The notes beneath the pieces were generated by a model. The model searched no databases, had not been told where the DNA came from, and worked only from the letters and a program-made list of their open reading frames with translations. A program made the translations under genes and the position numbers. 64,000 nucleotides of DNA from an uncultured delta proteobacterium (GTDB lineage Bacteria > Desulfobacterota > BSN033 > UBA1163). The DNA lies in NCBI GenBank assembly GCA_963695895.1, contig CAVOIK010000022.1, positions 6,485-70,484 of the forward strand. The letters run 5' to 3'. Below are positions 38,947 to 48,215 of the stretch, one piece after another. Position 1 is the first letter of the stretch. Every line of letters begins with the position of its first letter.

Positions 38947-39864
38947 CTAGACTTGAGGTCTAGGAATCAATTTGGCTCGTTCAGCAATTTCTGGAACCCG
39001 GTGTTCCCACTCAATCGCCATGAGATGGATGCCACGAACGCCTTTGATCTCCCTCAACTCTTGGATTTGTTCCACGCAGAGCTGAATTCCCTCGTCTGCC
39101 GGTTTTTTCGCTTTGACCATGCGATCAATGATCTCATCAGGGATGATAATTCCCGAGACGTTCTTCGCCATGTACCGAGCCATACCTCCGGATTTGAGCG
39201 GAGTGATTCCAGCCAAGATATAGACCTTTTCGGTGAGGCCCAACTCATCGGCCTGTTTCATCCACTCTCGAAATCTCTTCATGTCGTAGATACACTGCGT
39301 TTGGATAAAGTCAACACCCGCACTGATCTTCTTGGCAAGCCGATGGACCCGCCATTCGAAAGGCTCTGCAAAGGGGTTCGCAGCGGCTCCGATGAAGATC
39401 TTGGGGGGTTCGTCAATGGGCTCCCCATTGATGAATTTCCCTTCATCGCACATCTTCTTGACGGTGCTGATCAACTGGATGGAGTCAATGTCGTAGACCC
39501 CCTTGCTCATCGGGTGATCCCCAAACTGTTGGTGATCCCCTGAGAGACAGAGCATGTTGCGGATGCCGTGGGTATAGGCCCCCAGAATGTCACTTTGCAT
39601 GGCCAACCGGTTCCGGTCGCGGCAGACCATCTGGAAATTCGGTTCCAAACCCTCCTGAATGGCAAGGAGACAGGCCGCCCAACTTGCCATTCGAACGACA
39701 CCGGTCTGGTTGTCCGTGATGTTCACCGCATCGACGATTCCTCTGAGATGACCGGCTTTCTTGCGAACGACTTCTGCATTGGCTCCGCGAGGAGGACCGA
39801 GCTCGCCCGTAAAAGCAAAATGCCCAGAGGTTAAGATCTTCTCAAGCCGACTTCCGGATTTCAT
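38947..39864 (-). CDS. metF: Methylenetetrahydrofolate reductase, small acetogen-type paralog 2
   Basis: 305 aa, ...FTGELGPPRG...VNITDNQTG...CRDRNR...LCLSGDH.... Confidence 0.85.
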   Translation of the reverse strand: MKSGSRLEKILTSGHFAFTGELGPPRGANAEVVRKKAGHLRGIVDAVNITDNQTGVVRMASWAACLLAIQEGLEPNFQMVCRDRNRLAMQSDILGAYTHGIRNMLCLSGDHQQFGDHPMSKGVYDIDSIQLISTVKKMCDEGKFINGEPIDEPPKIFIGAAANPFAEPFEWRVHRLAKKISAGVDFIQTQCIYDMKRFREWMKQADELGLTEKVYILAGITPLKSGGMARYMAKNVSGIIIPDEIIDRMVKAKKPADEGIQLCVEQIQELREIKGVRGIHLMAIEWEHRVPEIAERAKLIPRPQV

Positions 39865-39936
39865 AGGAACCTCTTTTTGTGTCTTTCAAGATCATAGGAC
39901 ATTGTTGTTGGCGAGAAGGTGCTTTTCTCAAAGGGG

Positions 39937-40839
39937 CTATAACTCAAGCCATGAATCGGAATAGAGAATTTTCCCCATCAACACCTTGGTTGTCTTCACA
40001 TAGCCCCCCTCTTCCTTATTCAGGGACTTGAGGTCGAGCTCTTCCCCATCCATGACCCGGTAGATCAGCTTCTTGAGATCCTCCTGTCCGCCTCTCGCAT
40101 AGCGTTTGAGGTCCTCGTCGAAGGCGTCGACGATGGCAGAGGCCATGTTGTATCGTTCGAGCATCAACAGGTACGTTTGATTGAGAATGGGCCGCAAATG
40201 GTTAGGGGCTCCGTTGGAGACGTTGGAAAGACCACAGGTAGACCTCATGCCCGGGCAGACCTCTTGGAGGTCTTTGAACATCTTCATAAACTCGACGCAA
40301 CTGGGGACCTGAACTTGGCTCTGGGGGCTGGTAATGGGAGTGACAATGGGGTCCATCCAGATATCCTCGCCTGCAATCCCAAATTCCATCGCCTTTTGCA
40401 TCAGTTCCGCGGCGAGGACTCCCCTTTCCTCGGCATCCCTGGGAAGCCCTGAAGGTCCCCAGAGGAGGGCGACGAAGCCTGCATCATATTTCTGAGCAAT
40501 AGGCAATTTCACATCCATACTCTCAGGACGGGCCATGATGGAGTTGATGACAGCTTTCCCTTTCTTATTCTTGTAAACTTTGAGACCTGCTTCGATGGCC
40601 TCTGCATTGACGGTATCGAGGTAGAGCGGCGTGTCCACGACCTCCTGAACCCTCTTCACAACCCACTCCATCAGTTCTCCCCCCCCTTTACGGGCGGGTC
40701 CGAGATTGATGTCGATGTAATCCACACCTGCCCCGGCTTCAGCGATGGCAAGTTCCTGAATCGGTTTGGGATCCTTGTCCTTCATGGCTGTTCCGATCTT
40801 CTTCACCATTACATTCAGATTTTCTCCGATAAGCAACAT
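39937..40839 (-). CDS. acsE: Methyl-THF:corrinoid/iron-sulfur protein methyltransferase
   Basis: Pterin-binding-domain protein, MLLIGENLN...DYIDINLGP...GLSNVSNG, located in the acs cluster. Confidence 0.9.
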   Translation of the reverse strand: MLLIGENLNVMVKKIGTAMKDKDPKPIQELAIAEAGAGVDYIDINLGPARKGGGELMEWVVKRVQEVVDTPLYLDTVNAEAIEAGLKVYKNKKGKAVINSIMARPESMDVKLPIAQKYDAGFVALLWGPSGLPRDAEERGVLAAELMQKAMEFGIAGEDIWMDPIVTPITSPQSQVQVPSCVEFMKMFKDLQEVCPGMRSTCGLSNVSNGAPNHLRPILNQTYLLMLERYNMASAIVDAFDEDLKRYARGGQEDLKKLIYRVMDGEELDLKSLNKEEGGYVKTTKVLMGKILYSDSWLEL

Positions 40840-40947
40840 GGCATCGCTCCTTTATTCATCTCATGTGGGGGTTATGCGTTCAGAGTCTGGAGCATCACTC
40901 TGATTGGGGTTACCCCGAACTCCGAACGCCGAACTTCAAACTTGGAA

Positions 40948-42295
40948 TCATGCTCCCATCTTAAGATACGCCGTTAGGTGAGCTGCCTCTCGCGGGCCGA
41001 TCTTCACTTCCCAATCTTTCCCCAATTCTTCTTCGAGATCTCCGCTGACCGCAGCCACTGATCCGGGAATGACCACACGGCGGTGTTTGACCTTCTCCGT
41101 AATCCCACTTTTCTTAATGAAGCCTCCGATCGCATCGCCCACAAACTTCCCGGCAGCCCAAGCGGTGAGAACGGAGAGCCCTTCGGTGTCCATCACGAGA
41201 AGCCAACTAGGGACTCGGCTCGCTTCAACTTCCGCAGACACGATGAAGTAGGTGAGAGAAAAATTGGTGGTGATCAGGACCGGAGAGTCCTCGCCAGGAT
41301 TGCCGATCGGGTAAATGCCCTGTTGCATCATCATGGGTCTCTGGGGGTCCGTATAGATGTTGAGTCGCTCGACGAGAAGCGGGAATAGACTCTCGCCATG
41401 AAGATTGGAGAGCACAATAATCCCGGCATACTTTGCTATGAAAGTCGCTGCAATCAAGGCTTCCTTCATGGCGGTCGGTGGTCATCTCACAGGGGAACGT
41501 GATGGTAGGGAAACCGAGGGAGCGATTTTTTTGGTTCAGTGCAGCTCGGCGGATGAAGATCTGATCTTCAAAAGCCTTTCGCACTGTTCGCGAACCAGAG
41601 TCCAGAACAAGATCCTTGAGGCCTGCTCCCGTCAGCTTGTCGGAGAGTTGGGACAGAGCCTCAAAGTTATCGGCCTTCACCACCAGAGGACACTTGTTCT
41701 CTTTGGCAAGGTTGACCAGCGCTTCGCTATTGCCATTCGTCGCTGCGTAAATCAAGGGAACTCGGTCTGCACACACCTTCACGCCTGCGGCCAAAGACTC
41801 TGCGTTTTGGCTCATGAGGATGAGGGCTGCGTCGGTCTCGGATTTCACTTTGTTGATGAGCGAAACGAATTTTTGCGAATCTCCAGACTCGTTTTTGACC
41901 GCAATCATCTCAGGTCGTAAGGTGAGCCCCACTCTCTCGTACTTGAACTCTTTGAATTTTTTGAGACGAGAATTGACCTCGGCTTCGGGAAGGGTATCGC
42001 TCATGAGGACTGCAATCCCGGGTTTGTTCACAAAGGTTTTTTCGTGACGAAAGAGTACGGTCTCTCCGCCAATCCTCACCACGTTTTCTCCTGACCCAAT
42101 GGTTAGAGGTCGGATGGGTGGCGCAGAGGCTTCCGAGAGCATGGCCTTTGCTTCTTCGGAGACATAGGGGCAAGCCGAAAGCTCTGCTTTCCCCGCAGCT
42201 AAGTTCATGGCAAAGGCCAGGCAAGTGGGGACACCGCACTCCTTGCAGTTCGTTTTCGGTAACAGCTTGAAGATCTGGATTCCCGTGAGTGCCAT
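40948..42295 (-). pseudogene. acsC: Corrinoid iron-sulfur protein large subunit, one frame disruption near 41470
   Basis: N-terminal FeS motif CKECGVPTCLAFAMNLAAGKAELSACP. ORFs 41225-42295 and 40948-41469 join at ...TITFPCEMTTD|MKEALIAATFIAKYAG.... Confidence 0.85.
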
Positions 42296-42440
42296 CGCGT
42301 TTGCTCCTTTCAGAATCCGTTAGGAGTGAGGCGTCAGGGGTAAGGGGTGACAGATGAAAACTATACTACAGTTGTCTCATCGTCATTAACCCCTCACTCC
42401 TTGCTCCTTGCGCCTTACGGCTTACTTTGCTATGCTCTAT

Positions 42441-42462
42441 GCCTGCCTGCCGGCAGGCAGGC
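42441..42462. repeat. Perfect 22-nt palindrome GCCTGCCTGCCGGCAGGCAGGC
   Basis: Located in the 177-nt acsB-acsC spacer. Related CCTGCCTGC..GCAGGCAGG units occur at 31163, 37446 and 56595. Confidence 0.8.
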
Positions 42463-42472
42463 GCTTTGCGAT

Positions 42473-44680
42473 TTATCCAAGAATCGGATCCATCGAGAGG
42501 GCGGGATGATTCTTCTCCGTCAGGAAGGGAAGAATTTCCTCCTCCGTCATGCCGATCGTCTCATCTGCGATCATGTCCAGAAGATCTGGTATTCCAATCT
42601 CTTGGGCCCGCTTCTTCAGACGTTCACCGATTTCGTCCTTGAGCATCTTGGGTATCCAGACGAGGCGTTTGAGTCCACCGTCTCCAACGAGCCATTTTCT
42701 CTGGGTGATATTGTACTTGCTGTGGCCCACAAACCCAGGAGTGACGGCACCCCCGCCCACGGAGCCTGCAAGCGTGGTAAACTTCATGCCGCAAGGCGTC
42801 ATACCGAGGTAGTCACGGTTCACGGTCATCAATCCGTTGCACATGGGAAGGACCGCCGCGATGCACTCGCAGCAACCGCATGTCGTCATGGGGTCGTAAA
42901 CCAGGCTATAAAAATTGTAGTGATCGATCTTCTGACGGGAGGCCTTGAACACAAACTCGTCAACACCCTTCCATCGGCCCAGTTTTGCATCGATGATCTC
43001 ACCCTTGGCAACAGGTTGGTTGGGTCCGGTTGGACTGATTTCATAGGAGGCTCTACAATCCATCCAGTTGTAGGCGCCACAAAGTCCGGTCCTCTCGGGA
43101 CTCACGACGCACACGTGGCTGGGTGCGAAGGACTGGCAAAGGGTACAGGAGTAAAAGATGTCCGTCGTCTCATCCGTCATCCCTTCAATCCTCACATCCC
43201 TTTTGCCGTAAACTTCTTTCGCTTTGGCGAGCATCTCCTCCACCTTATCTTTTTCGGTGTAGACTTTGACTTGAACCTTATCAAAAATCGCGCCGAAGTC
43301 CTGGTGGAATTTGGCATGGAGGATCTTTCCCAGGTGGGAGAGCCGGAACCCTTTCTCCACGGCGCCCTTGCTCACACGCAACCAGGCAATATCCCTCTGG
43401 CCAATATGCATGATCCCCTGGGCATAATTGATCAGATGGTGGATCTGCCGCTCCAGGATCGGTTCGAAATCCTCCTGCATCTGCCGTCCGGCCACTTCGG
43501 CAACGATGGCGAGGGGCAATTGAGCGGGAGGTTTGATCTGATCAAGGTCCGGACCGATGACTTCCACTTTTCCATCTTCTACCTCGTCCATGTTCCTGGA
43601 AGTGACCCACTCGACCGCGTGAGTTCTTCCTCCGCCACACTCCAGGTAGATGTCTTCGCCTCGTACCCTTTCCCCTTCGAAGGCAGGACCGTAGGAGACC
43701 GGGATGGGGACTTCCGCGACGGCGACCTTCAATCCTCTGACCTCCACCGCCTTCTGGACGATCTGGTCGTGAGGAATGTTGGAAACCACGTGCTCGTAGG
43801 TGCAGATGCCCGTCGGAAGGACCTCGGGAATGGGTGTATCCGCGATGGTGGGGAACCCCCAGTTGATAGCCCCCGCCGCGTTGGCATACCACTCATCGTT
43901 GACAAATCCCAAAGGCATGACAAAGGCGAAGGTACGGTCCTTGTTGTAGATGAGGTTCTTTCGGAAATCCCCGGGTTTGATTCCACCAAAGGCCATCGCC
44001 ACACGGCAGGCAAACCCCATAGCAAAGACAGCAGCGGAAATGTCAGGTCCAAAGGAAACGAGACGGGTCGGCCACCCGATCTGAACCCCTGCCTCGACCA
44101 ACTGCTCGGAGAAACGTTTTCCCTCATTCTCCGCACACATGAAAATGTAGAGGTTTTTCTCCTGAAGCTCCGTGGCAATCTTCTTGGCGATTTCTGGCGA
44201 GGGGGCTGCCCCGGCAATGGCTGCAAATCCAGGCGCCGTCCCATCGACGAATTCGATCCCACGCTTGCGGAAGATCACGTCATCCGCGGCTCCGAGCCAA
44301 ATGTTATTGGGCAAGGGGTCTTCCTGTTTGGTATAAAAACCTGGATCTTCAAGGTAACGAATGGCTTCGATGATCTCCTCGGCAAAGAAGGTCACCATTC
44401 CGGCATCCAGAGCAGGAGCCAAGTAGGGTAGGGCAACCTTTTCCTTCACCAGGGGAGGCATCAAGCTACGACATCGGTCCAACACAGGCTTGAGGTCTGC
44501 CAGGTTCTTTACCGGAATCCCCAGGATCGCATAGATCACCGGCAGGTAGTAAGCGGTATTTGGGAACCCCACCTCCTGATTGGGTCCCCATTTCTCAAGG
44601 GCCTCCTGGTACTTCTTCTCGGCCCTTGCGAGGATTTTCTGACCCCCTCGGATTGCGGCGGATGCAATGATCTTGGACAC
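42473..44680 (-). CDS. acsB: Acetyl-CoA synthase (A-cluster subunit)
   Basis: 735 aa, MSKIIASAAIRGGQKILARAEKKYQEALEKWG.... It has ACS-typical length, sequence and context. Confidence 0.95.
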   Translation of the reverse strand: MSKIIASAAIRGGQKILARAEKKYQEALEKWGPNQEVGFPNTAYYLPVIYAILGIPVKNLADLKPVLDRCRSLMPPLVKEKVALPYLAPALDAGMVTFFAEEIIEAIRYLEDPGFYTKQEDPLPNNIWLGAADDVIFRKRGIEFVDGTAPGFAAIAGAAPSPEIAKKIATELQEKNLYIFMCAENEGKRFSEQLVEAGVQIGWPTRLVSFGPDISAAVFAMGFACRVAMAFGGIKPGDFRKNLIYNKDRTFAFVMPLGFVNDEWYANAAGAINWGFPTIADTPIPEVLPTGICTYEHVVSNIPHDQIVQKAVEVRGLKVAVAEVPIPVSYGPAFEGERVRGEDIYLECGGGRTHAVEWVTSRNMDEVEDGKVEVIGPDLDQIKPPAQLPLAIVAEVAGRQMQEDFEPILERQIHHLINYAQGIMHIGQRDIAWLRVSKGAVEKGFRLSHLGKILHAKFHQDFGAIFDKVQVKVYTEKDKVEEMLAKAKEVYGKRDVRIEGMTDETTDIFYSCTLCQSFAPSHVCVVSPERTGLCGAYNWMDCRASYEISPTGPNQPVAKGEIIDAKLGRWKGVDEFVFKASRQKIDHYNFYSLVYDPMTTCGCCECIAAVLPMCNGLMTVNRDYLGMTPCGMKFTTLAGSVGGGAVTPGFVGHSKYNITQRKWLVGDGGLKRLVWIPKMLKDEIGERLKKRAQEIGIPDLLDMIADETIGMTEEEILPFLTEKNHPALSMDPILG

Positions 44681-44705
44681 GTTTCTCCTCCTTCGTCAGT
44701 GAATT

Positions 44706-44784
44706 CCCCTCCCCGGGGGAGGGATGGAGGGGAGGGGACGGACTCTTCACACCCCCACCCTAACCTCCCCCGTCAAGGGGGAGG
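44706..44784. repeat. GC-rich palindromes CCCCTCCCCGGGGGAGGG and CCTCCCCCGTCAAGGGGGAGG
   Basis: Located in the acsA-acsB spacer. Confidence 0.7.
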
Positions 44785-44804
44785 AAGTGACTGTTGTTAA
44801 GTCT

Positions 44805-46787
44805 CTACGCGGCATCCAGTTCGCGACGTTTGGCCATATCGAAGAGGACTCTGTTCCTGGTCTTATCAATGCCCAGCGCCTTCCGCTTCTTGTCGATGTG
44901 TTCGATCATCAGCTTGGCGGCCTTCATCGGATCGAGCTCGAACCCCCACTTACCTTTGAGGGTATTCTCGAAGCCCTCGAAGAGCATCTTGGTGACTTCT
45001 TCGCTTCCCGTCGTCGGCCAGGTGGTGCCAAAGACCGTAAAGACCCCGGAGGTCACAAAATATTGACCAATGGCGATCGCCTTTTCGCTCATCCACTCCA
45101 GGGCCGCGCCCGCGGCTGGGAGATCACTGATATCATCGCCGAGACCTCCGTCTTTGACGACGGCCGTGGCGGCCATCAGGATCCGACTGTTGTCGACGCA
45201 AGCGCCCATGTGAAGGACCGGCGGGATGCCCACCGCTTCACACACCGAGGCCAGACCCGCTCCCGCGTATTGCCTGGCCGCCTCAGGTGTCAAGAGCCCC
45301 ATCTTTCCACAGGTCATGGCACTGCAACCAGTCACCAAAACAATGACGTCATTCTTGATCAACTCTTTGATCAATGTGAGATTGGGATCGTCATGAGTGA
45401 CCCGGGCATTGTTGCAGCCCACCACACCCGCAATTCCACGAATTCGGCCATTAATGATATTATCGTTCAAGGGCTTGTAAGAGGCTCGGAAGACTCCACC
45501 CAGCAGATAGTTGATCGTCTCATGGCTGAATCCGACCACCTGATCCATCGTCTCAGGAGGAATCTCGACACTGGCCTTCCGGTTCTTGAAATTCTGGATC
45601 CCCTCCATGAGGATCTTCTTCGCCACGTCGGGTGCCCGATGCTCGTCGAATTCGATATGCATGGCTCCTTCAATCTTTGCCTTGGGTGACGTGGTGATTA
45701 ATTTGGTATGGTAACATTTGGCCACCTGGGCCAGGGATTGCATCTCACACTGAACATCCACGACCATGGCATCCACAGCCCCGGTGACAATGGCGAGTTC
45801 CTGCTGGAGGAAGTTTCCAGCCACAGGGATTCCGTGTCGCATCAAGATCTCGTTGGCCGAGCAGCACATGCCCACGAGGTTGACCCCCTTGGCGCCCACT
45901 TCTTTCGCTGCTTTCTGAATCTCAGGATCATGGACCACATCGGCCATGATTTCGGGCAGCAGAGGCTCATGGCCATGTACGACAACATTCACCTCGTCCT
46001 TCTTCAATACGCCGAGATTAATCTGACCATAGACCGGGACTGGCGTCCCGAAAAGGATGTCTTGGAGTTCCGTAGAGATCATGGATCCTCCCCACCCGTC
46101 CGCCAGGGAGCACCGAGCTGCTGCCATCAGGAGGTTTTCGTAATCTTGATCAACGCCCATGTGGGTTCGATGCATCAATTCAACGATCTCCCGGTCGATC
46201 CCCCGGGGAGTAATCCCAAGGTTTCTCCAGATCTCCTGCCTTTTCAGAGGAGCCCTCTTGATGAAAATGGTTTCTCCCTCCTGCCGGCCAAACTCAGCCA
46301 AGGCCTTATGGCCCACATCGATAGCAATCTCCTGAATGGATCGGTCACCAATGTCAACCCCAAAGTCCATTGCCACCTGATAAAGCTTCTGCTCATCTTT
46401 GATTTTAAACCCCGGCACCTCTCCCTTGGCTGCAGCCAAGAAGACCTCCGTCACGCCCCGGGCGTGATCCGAGTGAGCTGAGGAGCCAGCCGCCACCATC
46501 CTTGCGAAGTTACGAGCAGAGATGGTCTCGGCCGTGGCACCGCAGAGTCCCGTTCGCTTAGCCTTGTCGGTTGGCGTCTCTCCCTTCTTCTTGGGGGCCG
46601 GGACACGACACGGTCCCATAGCACAATTTTTGCAACAGCTGCCTTCTGCCCCAATCGGGCAGGGTTTCATGGAGTCTGCCCGATCAAAGATGGTTTCACA
46701 TCCATCGGCCTGGGCCTTCTTCAACATCTGAATCGTTGCAGGATCAATGCTCTTCTTCTCAAAGTCTGACATGTGTTGCTCCTTCAA
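44805..46787 (-). CDS. acsA: Anaerobic Ni-CO dehydrogenase catalytic subunit
   Basis: 660 aa, ...CPIGAEGSCCKNCAMGPCRV.... It is CooS/AcsA-like throughout. Confidence 0.95.
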   Translation of the reverse strand: MKEQHMSDFEKKSIDPATIQMLKKAQADGCETIFDRADSMKPCPIGAEGSCCKNCAMGPCRVPAPKKKGETPTDKAKRTGLCGATAETISARNFARMVAAGSSAHSDHARGVTEVFLAAAKGEVPGFKIKDEQKLYQVAMDFGVDIGDRSIQEIAIDVGHKALAEFGRQEGETIFIKRAPLKRQEIWRNLGITPRGIDREIVELMHRTHMGVDQDYENLLMAAARCSLADGWGGSMISTELQDILFGTPVPVYGQINLGVLKKDEVNVVVHGHEPLLPEIMADVVHDPEIQKAAKEVGAKGVNLVGMCCSANEILMRHGIPVAGNFLQQELAIVTGAVDAMVVDVQCEMQSLAQVAKCYHTKLITTSPKAKIEGAMHIEFDEHRAPDVAKKILMEGIQNFKNRKASVEIPPETMDQVVGFSHETINYLLGGVFRASYKPLNDNIINGRIRGIAGVVGCNNARVTHDDPNLTLIKELIKNDVIVLVTGCSAMTCGKMGLLTPEAARQYAGAGLASVCEAVGIPPVLHMGACVDNSRILMAATAVVKDGGLGDDISDLPAAGAALEWMSEKAIAIGQYFVTSGVFTVFGTTWPTTGSEEVTKMLFEGFENTLKGKWGFELDPMKAAKLMIEHIDKKRKALGIDKTRNRVLFDMAKRRELDAA

Positions 46788-46793
46788 TGTGAT

Positions 46794-47750
46794 TTACTTT
46801 GCCGTCAAATCTGCGATCATCTCACGGACCAGTTTGACTGCATCTGGATGTCTCATGACCAACACATCGGCCCCTGCCAATAGAAGCATGATGGCCGTTG
46901 TGGCTTCCATTAAAATCCCTCTCCGCTTTGCATCTCCCAGAGCGGGCGCCTCTTCTGCGGGCGTCTTGGCTTCCTTGGTCTTCCAGACTTCCTTGGCCAT
47001 GTTGCAGAGCATGGGAAATTGGAGTCGCTCATCCTGCTGGGTGAGGGCGGCCATACGATCTCGCTCCATGACGGAGTAGGTATACTCGATCCCGTATCCG
47101 AGTCCTCCGGTCGTCGGATCCACGAGGATCTGGCCATCGGGGACACCCAAGTTTCCAAGAAGAATGTTCAGCTGTTTTGCGAGATTGATGTCAATGGGGC
47201 TGGTGGCCACGGCGGTGTGTTTGTATCCGATGGCTCCTGCACCGACCTGTTTATAGTTTTGTTCGACGACTGGACCAATGATCAGGTTCATCCCGTCACA
47301 GGTTTCCGCCACCTTTCGAAGTACCTCGGCGTCCTTCTCAGCATTTCCGCTTCCCCAGACGATGACAGGGACATCCACGGCTTCAGCAACTTTTTTGGAC
47401 GTCTGGGCAGCTTCCTCACTGGGGCGGTTGAGACCGTTTGGATCCGTACTGGCCAACTGGAGACAGATGATTTCAGCTCCGTAGCTCTGAACACATTTCT
47501 TGGCCCAGGCTGCCGGGTCGTTCAACACCTCTTTGTAGGGTTCCAGGGCAGCCTCTGGCCAGTCGTCCGGAACGGCGTCGTAAACCTCCATGGCGATTCG
47601 TGGAGGATGAGGCATCGCTCCTTCGAAGAGGTGAAAAGGATAGGAGGTCTCTCCTCCCAATGTGATGGCTTTGGATCCCTTCCCCAGTGTGATTTCTTTG
47701 ATCTTTCCCGTATATGTGATTTTCGGTATCTCAAATGCCACGAGACTCAC
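46794..47750 (-). CDS. acsD: Corrinoid iron-sulfur protein small subunit
   Basis: 318 aa with an AcsD/CdhD-like TIM-barrel sequence, located in the acs cluster. Confidence 0.85.
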   Translation of the reverse strand: MSLVAFEIPKITYTGKIKEITLGKGSKAITLGGETSYPFHLFEGAMPHPPRIAMEVYDAVPDDWPEAALEPYKEVLNDPAAWAKKCVQSYGAEIICLQLASTDPNGLNRPSEEAAQTSKKVAEAVDVPVIVWGSGNAEKDAEVLRKVAETCDGMNLIIGPVVEQNYKQVGAGAIGYKHTAVATSPIDINLAKQLNILLGNLGVPDGQILVDPTTGGLGYGIEYTYSVMERDRMAALTQQDERLQFPMLCNMAKEVWKTKEAKTPAEEAPALGDAKRRGILMEATTAIMLLLAGADVLVMRHPDAVKLVREMIADLTAK

Positions 47751-47768
47751 CTCCTTCTTTTGAGGGTG

Positions 47769-47984
47769 TTAAGCTTTTGTTTTCCGCTTCTCGCTACCGT
47801 ACCAATCTTCGCTGAACCAGTAACGTTCGCCGGTCTTGAGATAGGCGAGCATCTCCTCGCGATTCCTCAGTTTTTGTCGCCAGTCGATGGGAGTCTCGGG
47901 TTTCCCTTCTTCAAAGGTAGGGCCCAACACCTTCACTTTCTTCCCGTCGAAAGAAGTTTTCTCTTCCATTTTGTATTCTGACAC
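47769..47984 (-). CDS. 71-aa hypothetical protein embedded in the acs operon
   Basis: GTG start preceded by GGAGAGGAGG. The stop is 18 nt before the acsD start. No family was recognised. Confidence 0.5.
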   Translation of the reverse strand: MSEYKMEEKTSFDGKKVKVLGPTFEEGKPETPIDWRQKLRNREEMLAYLKTGERYWFSEDWYGSEKRKTKA

Positions 47985-48215
47985 CGGAAATTCCTCCTCT
48001 CCTTCTAATAGGATCTCTTTCTAAAATAAGAGTGAACGCATGGATGAAGACAAACCTCTATCCCCTTGGAGTTTCCCTCCAAGTTCATTTTGCACCGCAG
48101 CGCTGAATGAGCCAAGTAAACCACTCGAGAAATCAAGCCAGAAGGAACAACCTTCTGTGGACTATTGTCCCCACCCTTTTCATTATAAAACAGCAACTGG
48201 ATGCTTGTCGATAAC

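Noticed and set aside
40901-40945. A CCGAAC-type short tandem repeat and the GGGGTTACCCC motif in the acsC-acsE spacer, considered as a partial MITE terminus. TAACCCCTCA at about 42385 was considered on the same basis.
   Set aside because: Only about 10 nt of similarity to the MITE TIR, no partner terminus and no flanking duplication. Most likely chance similarity in GC-rich spacers.
42347-44431. Very long plus-strand ORFs antisense to pathway genes: 694 aa here, plus 44724-45689, 45708-46481, 47019-47981, 50214-51065, 36791-37645 and 53036-53755.
   Set aside because: Each lies fully opposite a gene with unmistakable family sequence (acsB, acsA, acsD, acsV, metV/cytochrome, fhs). Their translations are low-complexity, Arg/Gly/His-rich and motif-free. 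These are typical shadow ORFs of GC-rich codon usage.
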